DNA of 53,748 bases from the IMG/VR virus record IMGVR_UViG_3300025781_000013, positions 1 through 53,748 of that record; one strand, given 5' to 3'. Below are positions 1 through 13,400 of this stretch, piece after piece (within the stretch, counting starts at the first letter, position 1; every line of letters starts with the position of its first letter). Under the pieces are notes generated by a model. It ran no database searches. It had not been told where the DNA came from and saw nothing but the letters and a program-made list of their open reading frames with translations. Origin of the DNA: a virus (lineage: Duplodnaviria; Caudoviricetes). The translations under genes were made by a program, and so were the position numbers.

Positions 1-5
1 GTCCC

Positions 6-163
6 TTGGGTAGTGCGGTCTCCGGCCTGTTGAATGGTGGTAGCATAGGTGATGTGGCCTCCGGCCTGTTGAGTGGCAGTGGTAGTTTGGGTAGTGCGGT
101 CTCCGGCCTGTTGAATGGTGGTAGCATAGGTGATGTGGCCTCCGGCCTGTTGAGTGGCAGTGG
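6..163 (+). repeat. Coding tandem repeat with 81-bp period (27 aa); 77 bp identical between 6-82 and 87-163
   Basis: ttgggtagtgcggtctccggcctgttgaatggtggtagcataggtgatgtggcctccggcctgttgagtggcagtgg occurs twice. Confidence 0.95.
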
Positions 164-623
164 GTTGAGTTCAGTGACCAGTCTGTTGAGCGGTGGTGGT
201 GTAGGTAGTTTGTTGGGCAGTTTTGGCGGTCTCAGCAGTCTAGGAGCCCTGGGCAGTCTTGGGAGCTTGGGCGGACTATTTGGTGGCGGTGGTGACAGTC
301 TGGTATCTAGTACACAAGTGGCAGCCGGCTATAGCAATACTGTGGATAGAGGAACTCTTGATGTGGCATTGACCAAAATCATTGGCAGCACCAAGGTGCC
401 AAATCCGCTGTTTGATTTTCCATCAATCAACAGTATCAGTCTCAATGCCAGTGCCGATATAACAGCCGCTTCTAACATATTGCAAAATCTCAAGAGTCAG
501 GGCGGAGCACTGCTGAGTCAACTACAACAAACAGCTACCAACGCTGTGAGCAGTACTGTGCAAGATATAACCAAACAAGCCGGCGGCGTAATATCAGACT
601 CTCTGAACAATCTAATAGGTTAA
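6..623 (+). CDS. C-terminal part of a Gly/Ser/Leu-rich putative virion (baseplate-region) protein; 5' truncated by the window
   Basis: Frame is open to the window edge; low-complexity GLLxGG repeats; lies immediately upstream of the gp25-like gene. Confidence 0.6.
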   Translation: MGSAVSGLLNGGSIGDVASGLLSGSGSLGSAVSGLLNGGSIGDVASGLLSGSGLSSVTSLLSGGGVGSLLGSFGGLSSLGALGSLGSLGGLFGGGGDSLVSSTQVAAGYSNTVDRGTLDVALTKIIGSTKVPNPLFDFPSINSISLNASADITAASNILQNLKSQGGALLSQLQQTATNAVSSTVQDITKQAGGVISDSLNNLIG

Positions 624-626
624 ATA
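621..626 (+). promoter_or_regulatory. Putative late promoter core (TAAATA)
   Basis: TAAATA 4 nt before the ATG at 631; the same motif precedes other structural genes; resembles T4 late TATAAATA. Confidence 0.55.
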
Positions 627-630
627 CAGC

Positions 631-1005
631 ATGGCCACATTTATTGGATTCAACACCATCAATCAAAACAAGTATTTTACCTTGACCGATTTTGAATTGA
701 TCAAACGAGACTTGTTGAATGCTTTCAGTATCCGCCAAGGAGAACTGGTAGGCGTGCCCGGGTATGGCACCACGTTATGGAACTTTGTGTTTGAGAATCA
801 AACTCAAGATACCATACAAGCTGTGTACAACGAAGTGCAACGTGTGGCCAGCGGCGATCCCAGGATCCATATCAGTTCAATTGAAGTATTCCCTCAACAG
901 AACGGACTACTGATACAACTGCAATTGACTGTGGTACCCAGCACCGATGCCCAACGTTTGTCTATCTTTTTTGATCAGACGCAGAACATGGCCAGCTACT
1001 TATAA
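631..1005 (+). CDS. Baseplate wedge protein, T4 gp25/GpW-like
   Basis: 124 aa; LIKRDLLNAF..RQGE...PGYGT.LW..VFE and DPRI motifs typical of the gp25 family; upstream of a gp6-like gene. Confidence 0.88.
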   Translation: MATFIGFNTINQNKYFTLTDFELIKRDLLNAFSIRQGELVGVPGYGTTLWNFVFENQTQDTIQAVYNEVQRVASGDPRIHISSIEVFPQQNGLLIQLQLTVVPSTDAQRLSIFFDQTQNMASYL

Positions 1006-1027
1006 TATACGTAGTTTTTAAAGTCCA

Positions 1028-1033
1028 TAAATA
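1028..1033 (+). promoter_or_regulatory. Putative late promoter core (cATAAATA)
   Basis: TAAATA in the AT-rich intergenic region before the ATG at 1052. Confidence 0.55.
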
Positions 1034-1051
1034 CTCAACACTGGAATACAT

Positions 1052-4000
1052 ATGGCCACAACTACAAGACAAACTGCGATATTCGGAGTTCAAGACTGGA
1101 AACAGATCTATCAGACCTATCAGGAAGCCAATTTCCAAAGCTATGATTTTGAAACCCTGCGCAAGACCTTTGTGGATTACTTGCGCTTGTATTATCCAGA
1201 AACCTTCAACGACTATATTGAAAGTTCGGAATTTATAGCCCTGTTGGATGTGATGGCGTTTATGGGTCAGAGCTTGGCCTTCAGGACCGATCTCAACAAC
1301 AGAGAAAATTATCTAGGCACAGCCGAGCGTAGAGACAGTGTGATCAAGCTGTCGAACTTGGTCAGCTATGTACCTCTCAGAAACACCGAAGCTTCGGGCT
1401 ATCTCAAGGTATTCAGCATCAGCACCACAGAAAATCTAGTTGACTACAACGGCGTCAATCTCAGCAACATCACGGTCAACTGGGCCGATCCAACCAATCT
1501 AGATTGGCAAGAACAGTTTACGACCATACTGAATGCCAGTCTGCTCAACACACAACGTTTTGGACGTCCTGCTGCCAGTCAGACCATACTGGGCGTGAAC
1601 ACCCAAGAATATACCATCAATCTGGTTCCGGGCTATCTACCGGTAGTGCCTTACACTGCTGTGGTGGATGGCATCAGCATGCCGTTTGAAGCTGTCAATG
1701 CCACCAGTGCTGGTCAGGACTATGTGTACGAACCGCCTCCTCTTCCAGACGGTCGATTCAACATCCTGTTCCGCAACGATCAGCTGGGATTTGCCAGTGC
1801 CAACACCGGGTTCTTTTTCTTCTTCAAGCAAGGCACGTTGCAAAATCAAGATTTCAATCTGGTTGAACGCATAACCAACCGTGCCGTAGACATCAACATA
1901 GATGGTATCAACAACACTGACGTATGGTTGTATCAGTTGGACAATTTGGGCAACGTGCAAAATTTTTGGTTTCCTGTGCAGAGCGTGTATGCGGCCGCAG
2001 CACAGCAGACCTCAGCTGGAACCCAACAGATCTACAGCATAGCCAGTAGAAATAACGATCAAATCACGCTGAATTTTGGCGACGGCATTTTCAGCACCAT
2101 ACCGGTGGGCACATTCAGTACCTATGTGCGGGCCAGCAACGGATTGACCTATATCATCAATCCGCAGGAAATGCAGAACATCCAGATTCCTATCAGCTAT
2201 GTGAGTCGCACTGGACAGATTGAAACACTCACATTCAACTGCGGTATCACTCAGCCGGTAACCAACGCCCAGGCCCGTGAAACCATCAACGATATCAAGC
2301 AACGTGCTCCGGCCCAGTACTATACACAAAACAGAATGGTCAATGGCGAGGATTATACCAATTTTCCTTACACACAGTACAACAGTATCTTGAAAAGCGC
2401 AGCTGTGAACCGAGCCAGCATAGGAACCAGCCGATATCTGGACCTAGTGGATGGTACTGGCAAGTACTCGAGCACCAACATATTTGCCAGTGATGGCGCC
2501 ATGTATGAAACCAATCTAACTCCAGCATTCTTGTTCAGTTGGCTCAGCATCAACGATATCAGCAGCGTGGTCTACAACCAGATCAATCCGCTGTTGACCC
2601 AGGCCGGCCTACAACAATTTTATTATGCCAATTTTCCTAGACCCAACCTGTTGAACCTCAACTACAGTTGGCAACAAAGTACGGCCATGACCAACGAAGT
2701 CACTGGCTATTTTAAAAACAGTAGTGGCGATGCTGTGCCTGTGGGGTCAGCGGCCAGCAACAATGCCCGGTACATCACAGTTGGCAGCCTAATCAAGTTT
2801 GTTCCGCCGTCCGGTTATTATTTTGATGCCGACAACAATCTACGACCTGGGTCGGCCACATCACCCACTGAGAAAACTGAGATCTGGGCCAGCCCTACCG
2901 CAGTTTATCTGTCAGGCACCGGTCAAGGCCTAGGCAACTTGCCCACCGGAGTAGGTCCAGTGGTGCTCAATACATTTGTACCTACAGGTGCTGTCGCCAG
3001 TTTGGTCATCCCTACACTGGTTACAGATTTGCCAATCTCGGTCAAACAAAGCGTGGTCAATCAGATCTATCTCAATCAGAATTTTGGCCTGGGCTACAAC
3101 AATCTCACAGCCACTTGGTATGTGATCACCAGCTCAAATCTGGCAACCAATGCCACGTTTGATCTTGCTAACGCACAAAACACATCCGGAACCAATGCAG
3201 ATGCCAGCTGGTTGATACAATGCACCACCAACGGCAACAACTACACAGTGATATCAAGATCTCTAGAATACTTTTTTGGCAGCGTGGCCCAGACTAGATT
3301 TTTCTTTTACACAGCAGATCCAATCTACGACAGTCGTACCGGCACAGTGATACGGGATTATATCAATGTGCTCAAAATCAACACTCAGCCCGATACCAAC
3401 TACCCCCTGCCCAACGACAGCATAGTCAATATCATAGCTCAGCCAGTTTTGACCGATGGTCTAGTCGACGACTTCCAGGTAGAAATTTCATTTGCCAGCC
3501 AACCCGGAAGCTCGGTACCAATCAATCCTGACTTTTTTGATGAGCTGGTCGCACCCGCAACCAACTCCAATCAAAAATTGGTCTTCTTCCAGCAAACAGT
3601 GGATTTTGACAATTTACAACGCTATATCCTGGTTGATCCTGGCACAGTCAACACCAGTTATCCCAACCAGGCCAGCATCTTGTTGGCGTTGAGTCAATAT
3701 ACTGTGGGCCAGACTTTTTATGCCTACAATCAGTATCCCGGCAACACCATTACCAACCAGGTATTTTACACTATCACTCGAGATAGCACAGGCAACAACA
3801 TGCTCACAGTTGATAACACGTATGCAGCACGAGTGGGTCGACAAGGATTCTATTTCCAGTACAGACACAACAGTCCCCTGTCTAGTCGTATTGACCCGGG
3901 CAGTACCAACATCATCGATCTGTATCTGGTGACCAATGCTTACTACACAGCCTATCAAAACTGGATCCAGGATGTGACTGGCACAGTGAGCGAGCCTAGT

Positions 4001-4480
4001 CCGCCCACTATTGATGAACTGAGTACTGACTATCAAGGACTAGACACCTACAAGATGATCAGCGACAATGTCATTTTGAACTCGGTTGATTTCCAACCCT
4101 TGTTTGGACAGAAAGCCGATGTTGCACTCAGAGCCACCATCAAGGTCATACAAAATCCTTTGAGCACAACCAGTATCACTGAAATTAAAAACAGTGTGGT
4201 AGCCACCATGGCCGCCTATTTTGATCTGGCCAACTGGAATTTTGGAGACACGTTTTATTTCAGCGAACTGTCGGCTTACATACATCAACAGATTGGTGGC
4301 ATAGTGAGCAGCGTGGTCCTGGTTCCGTTGGATCCACAAAAGAGCTTTGGTGATCTTTACGAAATCAGATCGGCACCCAACCAGATATTTGTGAACGGGG
4401 CCACAGTCAATGACATAGAAGTCATAACAGCCCTGACCAGCACCAATCTGCAGACTGCTCCTGGCAGCGGGGTGATTTGA
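1052..4480 (+). CDS. Baseplate wedge subunit, T4 gp6/baseplate-J-like
   Basis: 1142 aa; YDFETLR..FVDYL, ENYLGTAERRDSVIKL, FGDGIF..IP and ETINDIKQRAP..YYTQNRMVNGEDY motifs are characteristic of gp6-like proteins. Confidence 0.88.
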   Translation: MATTTRQTAIFGVQDWKQIYQTYQEANFQSYDFETLRKTFVDYLRLYYPETFNDYIESSEFIALLDVMAFMGQSLAFRTDLNNRENYLGTAERRDSVIKLSNLVSYVPLRNTEASGYLKVFSISTTENLVDYNGVNLSNITVNWADPTNLDWQEQFTTILNASLLNTQRFGRPAASQTILGVNTQEYTINLVPGYLPVVPYTAVVDGISMPFEAVNATSAGQDYVYEPPPLPDGRFNILFRNDQLGFASANTGFFFFFKQGTLQNQDFNLVERITNRAVDINIDGINNTDVWLYQLDNLGNVQNFWFPVQSVYAAAAQQTSAGTQQIYSIASRNNDQITLNFGDGIFSTIPVGTFSTYVRASNGLTYIINPQEMQNIQIPISYVSRTGQIETLTFNCGITQPVTNAQARETINDIKQRAPAQYYTQNRMVNGEDYTNFPYTQYNSILKSAAVNRASIGTSRYLDLVDGTGKYSSTNIFASDGAMYETNLTPAFLFSWLSINDISSVVYNQINPLLTQAGLQQFYYANFPRPNLLNLNYSWQQSTAMTNEVTGYFKNSSGDAVPVGSAASNNARYITVGSLIKFVPPSGYYFDADNNLRPGSATSPTEKTEIWASPTAVYLSGTGQGLGNLPTGVGPVVLNTFVPTGAVASLVIPTLVTDLPISVKQSVVNQIYLNQNFGLGYNNLTATWYVITSSNLATNATFDLANAQNTSGTNADASWLIQCTTNGNNYTVISRSLEYFFGSVAQTRFFFYTADPIYDSRTGTVIRDYINVLKINTQPDTNYPLPNDSIVNIIAQPVLTDGLVDDFQVEISFASQPGSSVPINPDFFDELVAPATNSNQKLVFFQQTVDFDNLQRYILVDPGTVNTSYPNQASILLALSQYTVGQTFYAYNQYPGNTITNQVFYTITRDSTGNNMLTVDNTYAARVGRQGFYFQYRHNSPLSSRIDPGSTNIIDLYLVTNAYYTAYQNWIQDVTGTVSEPSPPTIDELSTDYQGLDTYKMISDNVILNSVDFQPLFGQKADVALRATIKVIQNPLSTTSITEIKNSVVATMAAYFDLANWNFGDTFYFSELSAYIHQQIGGIVSSVVLVPLDPQKSFGDLYEIRSAPNQIFVNGATVNDIEVITALTSTNLQTAPGSGVI

Positions 4481-7400
4481 TGACCATACCCAGCGCACAA
4501 TTTAGTACCGCAGACCTTTTACCTGAAGTATTCCAGACTCCGATCAACCGGCAGTTCTTGGCTGCCACGCTGGATCAGCTGACTCAAGAACCAGCATTTG
4601 CCAAACGACAAGGATTTATAGGACAACGTATCGGTCCTGGAGTCAATGCCAACGACCAATACGTGATTGAACCAACTGCGACTCGCAATCAGTATCAACT
4701 GGAACCCGGTGTAGTGCAGGTCAACCCTGCTGATACTGCCCAGGTGGTGGATGCCATAACCTATCCGGGCATGAATGATGCACTGGCCGTTCAAGGTGCT
4801 GTGGTTGCCAACAGTTCATCTTTGTATACCAGCGAGTATTACACCTGGGATCCGTTTGTGGATTTCGACAAGTTCATAAATTATTCGGAATACTATTGGT
4901 TGCCCAACGGCCCCGATGCAGTCACAGTCAATGCCACTGGCATACCCACCTACGAAAATTTCACAGTCACACGCAATGACGGTTTTTATACTTTCAGCGG
5001 AATTGCCGGCAACAATCCAACCTTGACCTTGGCCAGGAACGGCACTTACAATTTCCTGGTAGCACAAAACAACCAGGCCACCATACAGTTCCGTGTAACC
5101 AACAATGGAACCACAGCCTGGGTCATAGACTATGACAGCAATCCGACCCTGACCCTTACCAGGGGTAACACTTATACATTTGATTTGTCGTTGTCGGCGC
5201 CACTTCCGTTCTATATCAAGACCGAGGCCAGCTATGGATCGATCAATCTTTACAACTCGGGAGTGTCCAACAACGGCGCTGTGTCCGGGCTGATCACTTT
5301 CACAGTGCCACAAGATGCGCCCGATACCCTGTACTATTGTAACAGCACTGAATTCAATTTACGTGGCACGTTTGATATAGTCGATGCTGTTGCTGGCACC
5401 GGTCCGGGGTTTTGGATACAGACTGATCCGGGTATCAATGGAGTTGTTGCATCTACCCCTAATATTTCAAGTCGTGATGTGTACGGTGTGGTCAACAACG
5501 GAGTTGATCTTGGTACTGTCACGTTCAACACACCTGCTACTACTGCACAGAATTTCTACTACAATCTGCCTTATATTGGTAGCCTGCCCAATCAACCCAC
5601 AGGTACCGTGGATCTGGTCACCACGTTGCTGTTTGATCAGATCAACGGCATAGCATTGACAGACTTTCTTGCAACCAATCCTGCAGGCATCGATGGTGTG
5701 ACCAACATTGTTGGTAGAACACTGGTATTCAATGCCGTCAATACCACAGACACAGATCTGTATGTGGTCTGGCTGGTCAGTGAAACAGGTGGGATCATAC
5801 AGCTGATCAATGTGCTGTCTATAAACAATCTTTCTCAGTTTGGTGTGTTGTTTGGAGCCACCTATGCCAGCACCAGATGGTACAAAAATGCTTCAGGTCT
5901 ACTGGTACAAATGCCCTTGTTGACAGCCACACGTGATCTGCTGTACTACCAAGACGGAACAGACCCGACCATGTTTGGCGTGATCGAACTGGTTGATTTA
6001 ACAGGCACGAGTGTTTTAGATGTTGGCAACATTCTGGGCAGAAAGACCTATACCAGTCCCAATGGAGTCACGTTTACCAACGGTCTCAAGGTACTGTTTA
6101 CTGGAACCACAGTTCCAGCTGGATATCAAAACAACGAGTATTATGTGCAAGGTGTGGGCACAGCCATACAACTGTTGCCGGTCACCGATTTTGTTACACC
6201 AGAAACCTATCTATCGGGTTTGCCGCTTTATCCTGATTACCTTACCAGCAGTCGAGACAGTCTGGATCTCAATCCCTGGTGCCGCAGCAATAGATGGTTC
6301 CATGTGGATGTGATACAGCAGACTGGATCATACAACAGGACCAACGTGGTACTGGATCAGACTCTACGAGCCAAGAGACCAATTCTGGAATTCCGTGGAG
6401 GTACACGCCTGTTTGGGTTTGGCACCCAGGGCATTGCACCGGTTGACATAATTGATTTTAGTCAGACCGATGCCTTGCGCACGGTGGAAGGCAGCTTGGG
6501 GTTTGCGACCGATGGATATCAGTTGGTCGAAGGCAGTACCATAATTTTTGCCGGGGATCAAGACATTGCGGTGCGCAGAACAGTGTATCAAGTGACGTTT
6601 ATAACCCCAGATACAGTGGCTCCTTTGATACCGGAACCCATTATCAATCTGATTCCGATTGCCACAGTGCTAGCTGATCAGTCCACAGTGTGTCTAGCCG
6701 GCACAACCTTGATCGGTGTCACCTACTACTTTGATGGAGCCAACTGGATCCTGGCACAGCAAAAAAACAGCGTGAACCAGCCTATTAGATTTGATGTGTA
6801 CGATCTCAACGGTATCAGCTTTGCCGATCAAACCACATATCCCAGTTCCAATTTCCTCGGCAGCTATCTAACCAGTTATGCAGTCAGCAACGGTACAAAT
6901 GATCCGTATCTGGGATTTCCTCTGACCTATTTGAATTTGACCAACCTGGGCGACATAGTATTTGATAACAATCTTTATGCCGACAGTTTTGTTTATACCA
7001 CCAACAACACCGGAGTTACAGTTCCACTCAGCACCGGATTTGTCAGACAGTACCAGACACGAGTTGCCTTTGATCTTGAAATAGGCTGGCAAACAGCCGT
7101 GTCCAAGAGCCAAGTGAGACAGCAGTTTGGGTTCACTTATGCCGGATTGCCGTTGCAGTTGGATGTGGCTGTGTCGACCAGTACAGTGGTCCCGGCTGTA
7201 CAGATCTTTGTGAATTCAGCATTTCTAGAACCTTACAATTCCGACACCGGCACATACAATTACAGCTATACTGTGGCATCGGCCACTACCACTATCACGT
7301 TCGCATCCGGGGTAATCGCAGTAGGAGACACAGTCGAACTGCAAGTGTTGAGCAATCAGGTCAGTGCCACAGGGTTTTATCAGGTACCAATCAATCTTGA

Positions 7401-10400
7401 AAACAATCCGCTCAACAACAATTCCAGCACGTTTACTCTGGGAACAGCACGCAATCACTACAGTACCATTGCGCAAAATCTAATCAATCTTGAAGGACCT
7501 GTAATTGGTGCCAACAACACCCGAGATCTAGGCAATCTGGTGCCGTATGGATTGCAGATCCTGCAACAGAGTTCGCCCATGACCTTGGCTGGATTTTTCC
7601 TGCTCAGTACCGAATATAATATTTTTGATTCGCTGGTATTCAACAGCCGCGAATACATCAAGTTCAAGAATCAACTGTTGAACGCCGTGATCACAAACGA
7701 TTTTGGAACGCAGACTGTGCCTGAGATCCTGGACAGTGCAGTGAGTTTGATCACGGCTGGTGATACCAGTATCAGTCCGTTTTACTGGAGTGACATGCTG
7801 CCTACTGGCACTCGACTGGCATCAAACTCAACCACAGTGACAGCAATCACGACCAACCGATTCAACACTGTACAGACTTACGATTTTACCACCAGCAACT
7901 ATCTAGGACTGTTGGTGTACCTGAATGGCGCCCTGTTGACACGTGGTGTTGATTACAAAACCGGTGTAGGCACACCAACCTTGACCATACTGGTGCCTTT
8001 AAACACAGGCGATACAGTCACCATCAACGAATACAATCCAACCTACGGCAATTTTGTACCCAACACTCCTACCAAGCTGGGACTGTATCCCAAATGGACT
8101 CCCAGGGCCTACATCAGCCCGGATTACGTCCAACCAACTCCGGTCATACAAGGGCACGACGGCAGCATCACTGTTGCGTTTGGCGATATCCGCGACGACA
8201 TCTTGCTGGAATTTGAAAAGCGTATCTACAGCAATCTCAAGACAGATGGTAACCCGGTACCACTTACCATAGACGAAGTGTTGCCCGGGTTTTTTCGAAC
8301 CACAGATTATACCGAAGCTGAAATCACACAGATCTTGGGTGAAGATTTCCTCAGCTGGGCGGGCTACAACAAACTGGACTATACCGCACAGGATTACCTG
8401 GCCAACAACGCATTTACCTACAACTACAGCACCGCCGGCAATCGGATCAACAATCAGGTGTTAGAGCAAGGAGCCTGGCGCGGTATCTATCGCTATTTTT
8501 ATGATACTATTACACCCAATCTGACACCTTGGGAAATGCTGGGCTTTACTGAACAGCCAGTCTGGTGGACCAATTGTTACGGTCTGCCGCCATATACCAG
8601 CGGCAATTTGGTATTATGGGGCGATCTTGAACAGGGGCTGGTGGCTGATCCAGTAGCGCCTTACATAAAATCTAATTTTGCCAGACCCGGGCTCACACAG
8701 GTGATACCGGTGGATGGATTGGGGAATCTGTTGCCTCCGGTCAGCAGCGTGGTTGGACTCTACAACCCCAACACGTTCCGTAAAAGCTGGACTGTGGGCG
8801 ATGGTGGTCCAGTAGAAGCATCGTGGTGGTCCAGCTCGAGTTATCCGTTTGCTGTTATGCGCCTGTTGGCCTTGACCAGACCCGCTGAATTTTTCAGTCT
8901 ATTTGCCGACCGAGATCTTTATCGGTATTCGGCCACGATGCGCCAGTATCTTTACAACAAACGTTACAGACTCAATGCCAACGAATTAGAAATTTATGGC
9001 AACGGAGTCAGCAAGGCCAGCTATATTGATTGGATAGTGGATTACAACCAACAGATGGGTGTCAACAGCACTGACAGCCTTGCCAGCGATCTGGCCAATG
9101 TGGATGTAAGATTGTGCTACCGCATGGCGGCCTGGACCGATCAACAGAGCCTGGAAATATCTCTTGAAAAATCCAGTCCACAGAGTCAAAATCAAAGTCT
9201 CCTGATTCCGCCTGAAAGTTATCATCTACTGCTTTACAAAGATCAACCGTACTCGCAATCCACCTACAGTTCAGTCGTGATAGAAAAAGTGGGCAACGGT
9301 TGGTCGGTATACGGATACAGCACCTATCAGGCCTATTTTACTATCTTGGTCAGTGCGGTCAACGGTATCACTCAGACCATATCAGCCGGCGGCGCCACAG
9401 TACAGGTGCCAGCACAGTACAGCAACCAGACAGCCCGGATACCGTACGGTTATGTGTTTACCAATCGCAACATGGTGGTTGATTTCTTGTTGAGTTACGG
9501 CCAGTATCTTCAGACGCAGGGAATGTCATTTACCTATATAGAAAATGGGTATGTGTTGGACTGGCGTCAGATGGCCCAGGAATTCCTGTATTTCAGTCAG
9601 CAGGGCTGGCAAACCGGAACCTTGATCAATCTCAATCCAGCAGCCAGTCAATTGTCAGTTAGCACTCCCGGAGCTGTAGTTGACAGCATTGTCAGCTACG
9701 GTCCACAGAATCAACTGCTGGATCAAAACAGACAGACATTTGCCACTCGCAATCTTGTCATACAGCGGTTTGGCGACAGTTTTGTCATACAGCCCGATTT
9801 GTCGACCGGTCAGGCCATCAGTTATCTCAATCTCAAATTTACCGATTACGAAAACATGATCGTGTTCGACAATGTGGATATTTTTGGAGATGTGATTTAC
9901 GATCCTACCACAGCCGAGCGACAAAATAGGCTGTATCTGAATGCATTTAACAGCACCATGTGGGACGGCACATTGAATGCTCGCGGGTTCATGCTGAATC
10001 AGGACAACGTGCTGGCTTGGGATCCTACTCAGAGATACACCAAGGGCGACCTAGTACGATACAAAAATCAATACTGGCAGGCCAACGGCACTGTACAACC
10101 TACTGCTGCATTTGATTACAACAGCTGGTTCTTGAGCAACTGGGCACGCATTCAAAAAGGTTTGTTGGCCAATCTGGCCAACAAGGCTGATCAGCTGGCC
10201 AATACCTACAACACACAAACAGCCAATCTCAACAACAGCAATGACTTGTTGGCGTACAATCTGATTGGGTTCACACCCAGACAGTACATGGCCAATCTTG
10301 GTCTAGACGATGTGAGCCAGGTCAATCTTTATCAGCAGTTTATCAAGACCAAAGGCAGCCTGCAGGCCACTGATCTGTTTACCAATGTGTCTTTGGCCAA

Positions 10401-13400
10401 AGGCAGTGGCACTTACAAGATTTACGAAACCTGGGGTGTGTTGATCGGAACCTACGGAGCAACGGCCAACAGAAGCTATTTTGAAATCAATCTCAACCAA
10501 GCCTTGTTGCCCAACAACCCTAGCACAGTGCAAATCATACAACCAGGAGATATCAGCCAGGCCAATCAAACTGTGCTACTGAGCAATCTCTGGAGCGAAA
10601 GCTACAACATTGCCACAACCAATATCCTACCTACCATATATCCTACCACTCAGCAGACTGCGTTGCCGTCGGCCGGATATGTAAACATCAATGATGCCGA
10701 TATCACAGTGTACAGTCTAGACGACCCTTCGTCAATCGCTGCCAACATTGGTATCATTGGCACAGGCACCACTGTCTGGGTAGCACATGACAACAGCTAC
10801 GACTGGAATATCTATCGTTGTGCTCAAGTTCCTGGACGTTTGACTCAGATCACAGACAATCTAAATGGTACCAGTATCGCACAATTTAGCTCTATAACCA
10901 ATCTGAAAATTGGTGACCTGATCATTGTGAGATATTTCTCCACAGTTGTGGATGGAGTATATCGTGTCTTGGGCATACGCTCGCCCACACAACTGATAAT
11001 TTCTTACAGTTTTGTCAACAGCAATCAGACTACCTTGACTGGCACTGGTTTGGCCTGGCATCTACAGACCATGCGTGTCAAACAGGCCAGTGATGTGAGT
11101 CAATTGTCGTATGCCACAGATCTAGTACCCGGCGCACGTGCCTGGGTGGACAATGACGGGTCAGGCCACTGGCAGGTATTGGAAAAACAATCACCGTTTG
11201 CCGGAGTTGAAACTGTATCATCAATCATTCCACAATACAATGATCTATTTGGATCTGCGATAGCGCAGTCAAGCAATCATTACAGCCTGTTGGTAGGCAG
11301 TCCAAACACAGCTGGTGGAGGCACAGTTGAAACTTATCGACGTGTTACTACCAGTACCAATGCCGGCACTTATGTAGACAATCTCATACTCACGTTGGCA
11401 GCAGCCAATACAGAATCGTTTGGTAGCAGCCTCAGCTGGGGCAACAGCAACTGGGCTGTTGCTGGAGCTCCAGCCAGCGACGCTGGTCGCGGATATGCCG
11501 TTGCTATATATCAAGTGCCCGGCAGCAACGATTATGAATTGAGCCAATTGCTTACAGCACCCACCTCGACTGCGGCCGTGGCATTTGGAACTGCTGTGGT
11601 GATCAGTGCAGATGAACGTTGGATGTATATTGGCGCACCTGGTAGAAATCTGGTCTATGCCTACGGACTGATCACAGTTCCAACACAATCTATCTCTTAC
11701 ACCACGGATCTAACAACCACGTCGTTTGTGTACAACACGGCCATACAGATCAATTCGGCCTATCCTGACCAATTGATTGTGACCTTGAACAATGTTCAAT
11801 TGACCAATGGCGTTGATTACACTGTTACAGCCACATCAATAGTTTTTCCGCAAGCACCGTCGCCTGGTATACAATTACTTGTGACTCGACGCAACAAGGT
11901 CATATTGACCGGTACTGGATCAGACACCTATAATTTGTCCACCTATCTTTACACAGCTACATCCATCGACAGTTTTTCTATAGCAGTTGACGGAGTATAT
12001 CAACGTCCTTATATCGACTACACATTTTCTACCCAGCTGACCTTTTTGACTGTGCCTGCGTCCGGCAGCAACATTGTGATAACTGCCGGCAATTACTGGC
12101 AATACATGTCGGCTATGCCGGTTGGTGGATTATCGTTATCTGCAGACGCTGCATTTGGTTCTGCGGTCACAACCAGCACTGACGGCAGGACCGTGATTGT
12201 GGGCAGCAATTCAGATTCTGCTCTAGATTCGCAAGGCAATGTTGTGGCCAATGCTGGTTCAACCTATGTGTTTGATCGCAGCGTGGTACGTTATTTGGTC
12301 ACTGACGTTGCTCAATTGACCTATGCCATACCGGGTGCTGTTACAGCACCGGTAGCAGTATTATTGAACGGTACGTTTTTATATAACTCTGCACAGTACA
12401 TCAACGGCCAATTTACTCTATCAGGATCCAACATTGTATTGAACAATTCGGTGGTACTCAATATTGGTGACAGTATCGAAATTGAAACCAATCAGTTCCA
12501 GTTCATGGAAAAGATAACAGCATCAACTCCGGAGTCCGGATCACAGTTTGGATCTGCGGTACAAATTTGTTCAAACGACTGCAGCATCTACGTGGGATCT
12601 CCTAAATACACGTCGACATTGATACAGGACGGCAGCGTGACTCGCCACGTCAATCAGAGTCGATTGTACGGAGCCACAGTGAGCACAGTGGCCAACCCCA
12701 CACTGACTCCTGGAACAGCTATACGTGTGAACAATATAGAAATAGCCGTACCCAACAGCCCCAACAATACCGTGGCTGGTCTGGCCAATGCCATATCTCC
12801 GTTGCCGTGGTCCAGCACCCAGACGTACTATATCAATGATCGTGTGATCTACAACAGTGTGTGTTACATTTCTGCTCAAAGCAGTTTGGCGCAACAGCCA
12901 TCGTCCAACAGCATGTATTGGACCAGCTCTTTTGCTGTGCCCAATGTGCAAGCATCGCTCAGCAACAATCTTGAATTTATCAGCGATGGCACCACACAGC
13001 TATACGATATCGGGACCGTGTACAGTGCAGCTGGATCAAATCCGGTAGTGTATGTGAACGGTGTTTTACAAATAGCCAGCCCCGCTGCAGGATATACCTA
13101 CAGCTATATTCCGGCCACAACCTCCAGCCCCGGACAGATTGCTTTTGTGACAGCACCTGCAATCTATTTGCCTATAGTGATCGTGACCGGACAACTGGTC
13201 TTGAGCGTGATAGATTCGGCCGCAGCACCCACCTTCAATCAATTGAGTGTGTTACCGGGCATAGGCTATAACGGGTCGGCATTTGCTCAGTTGGGATTTG
13301 AGACCTTTGTGTACACACAGACCTTGACCAGTCCTGATCCAGTGGCCTATGGTGCGTTTGGTAGCGCGATTTCCATAAACAGCAACAGCCTCAACGTGGT

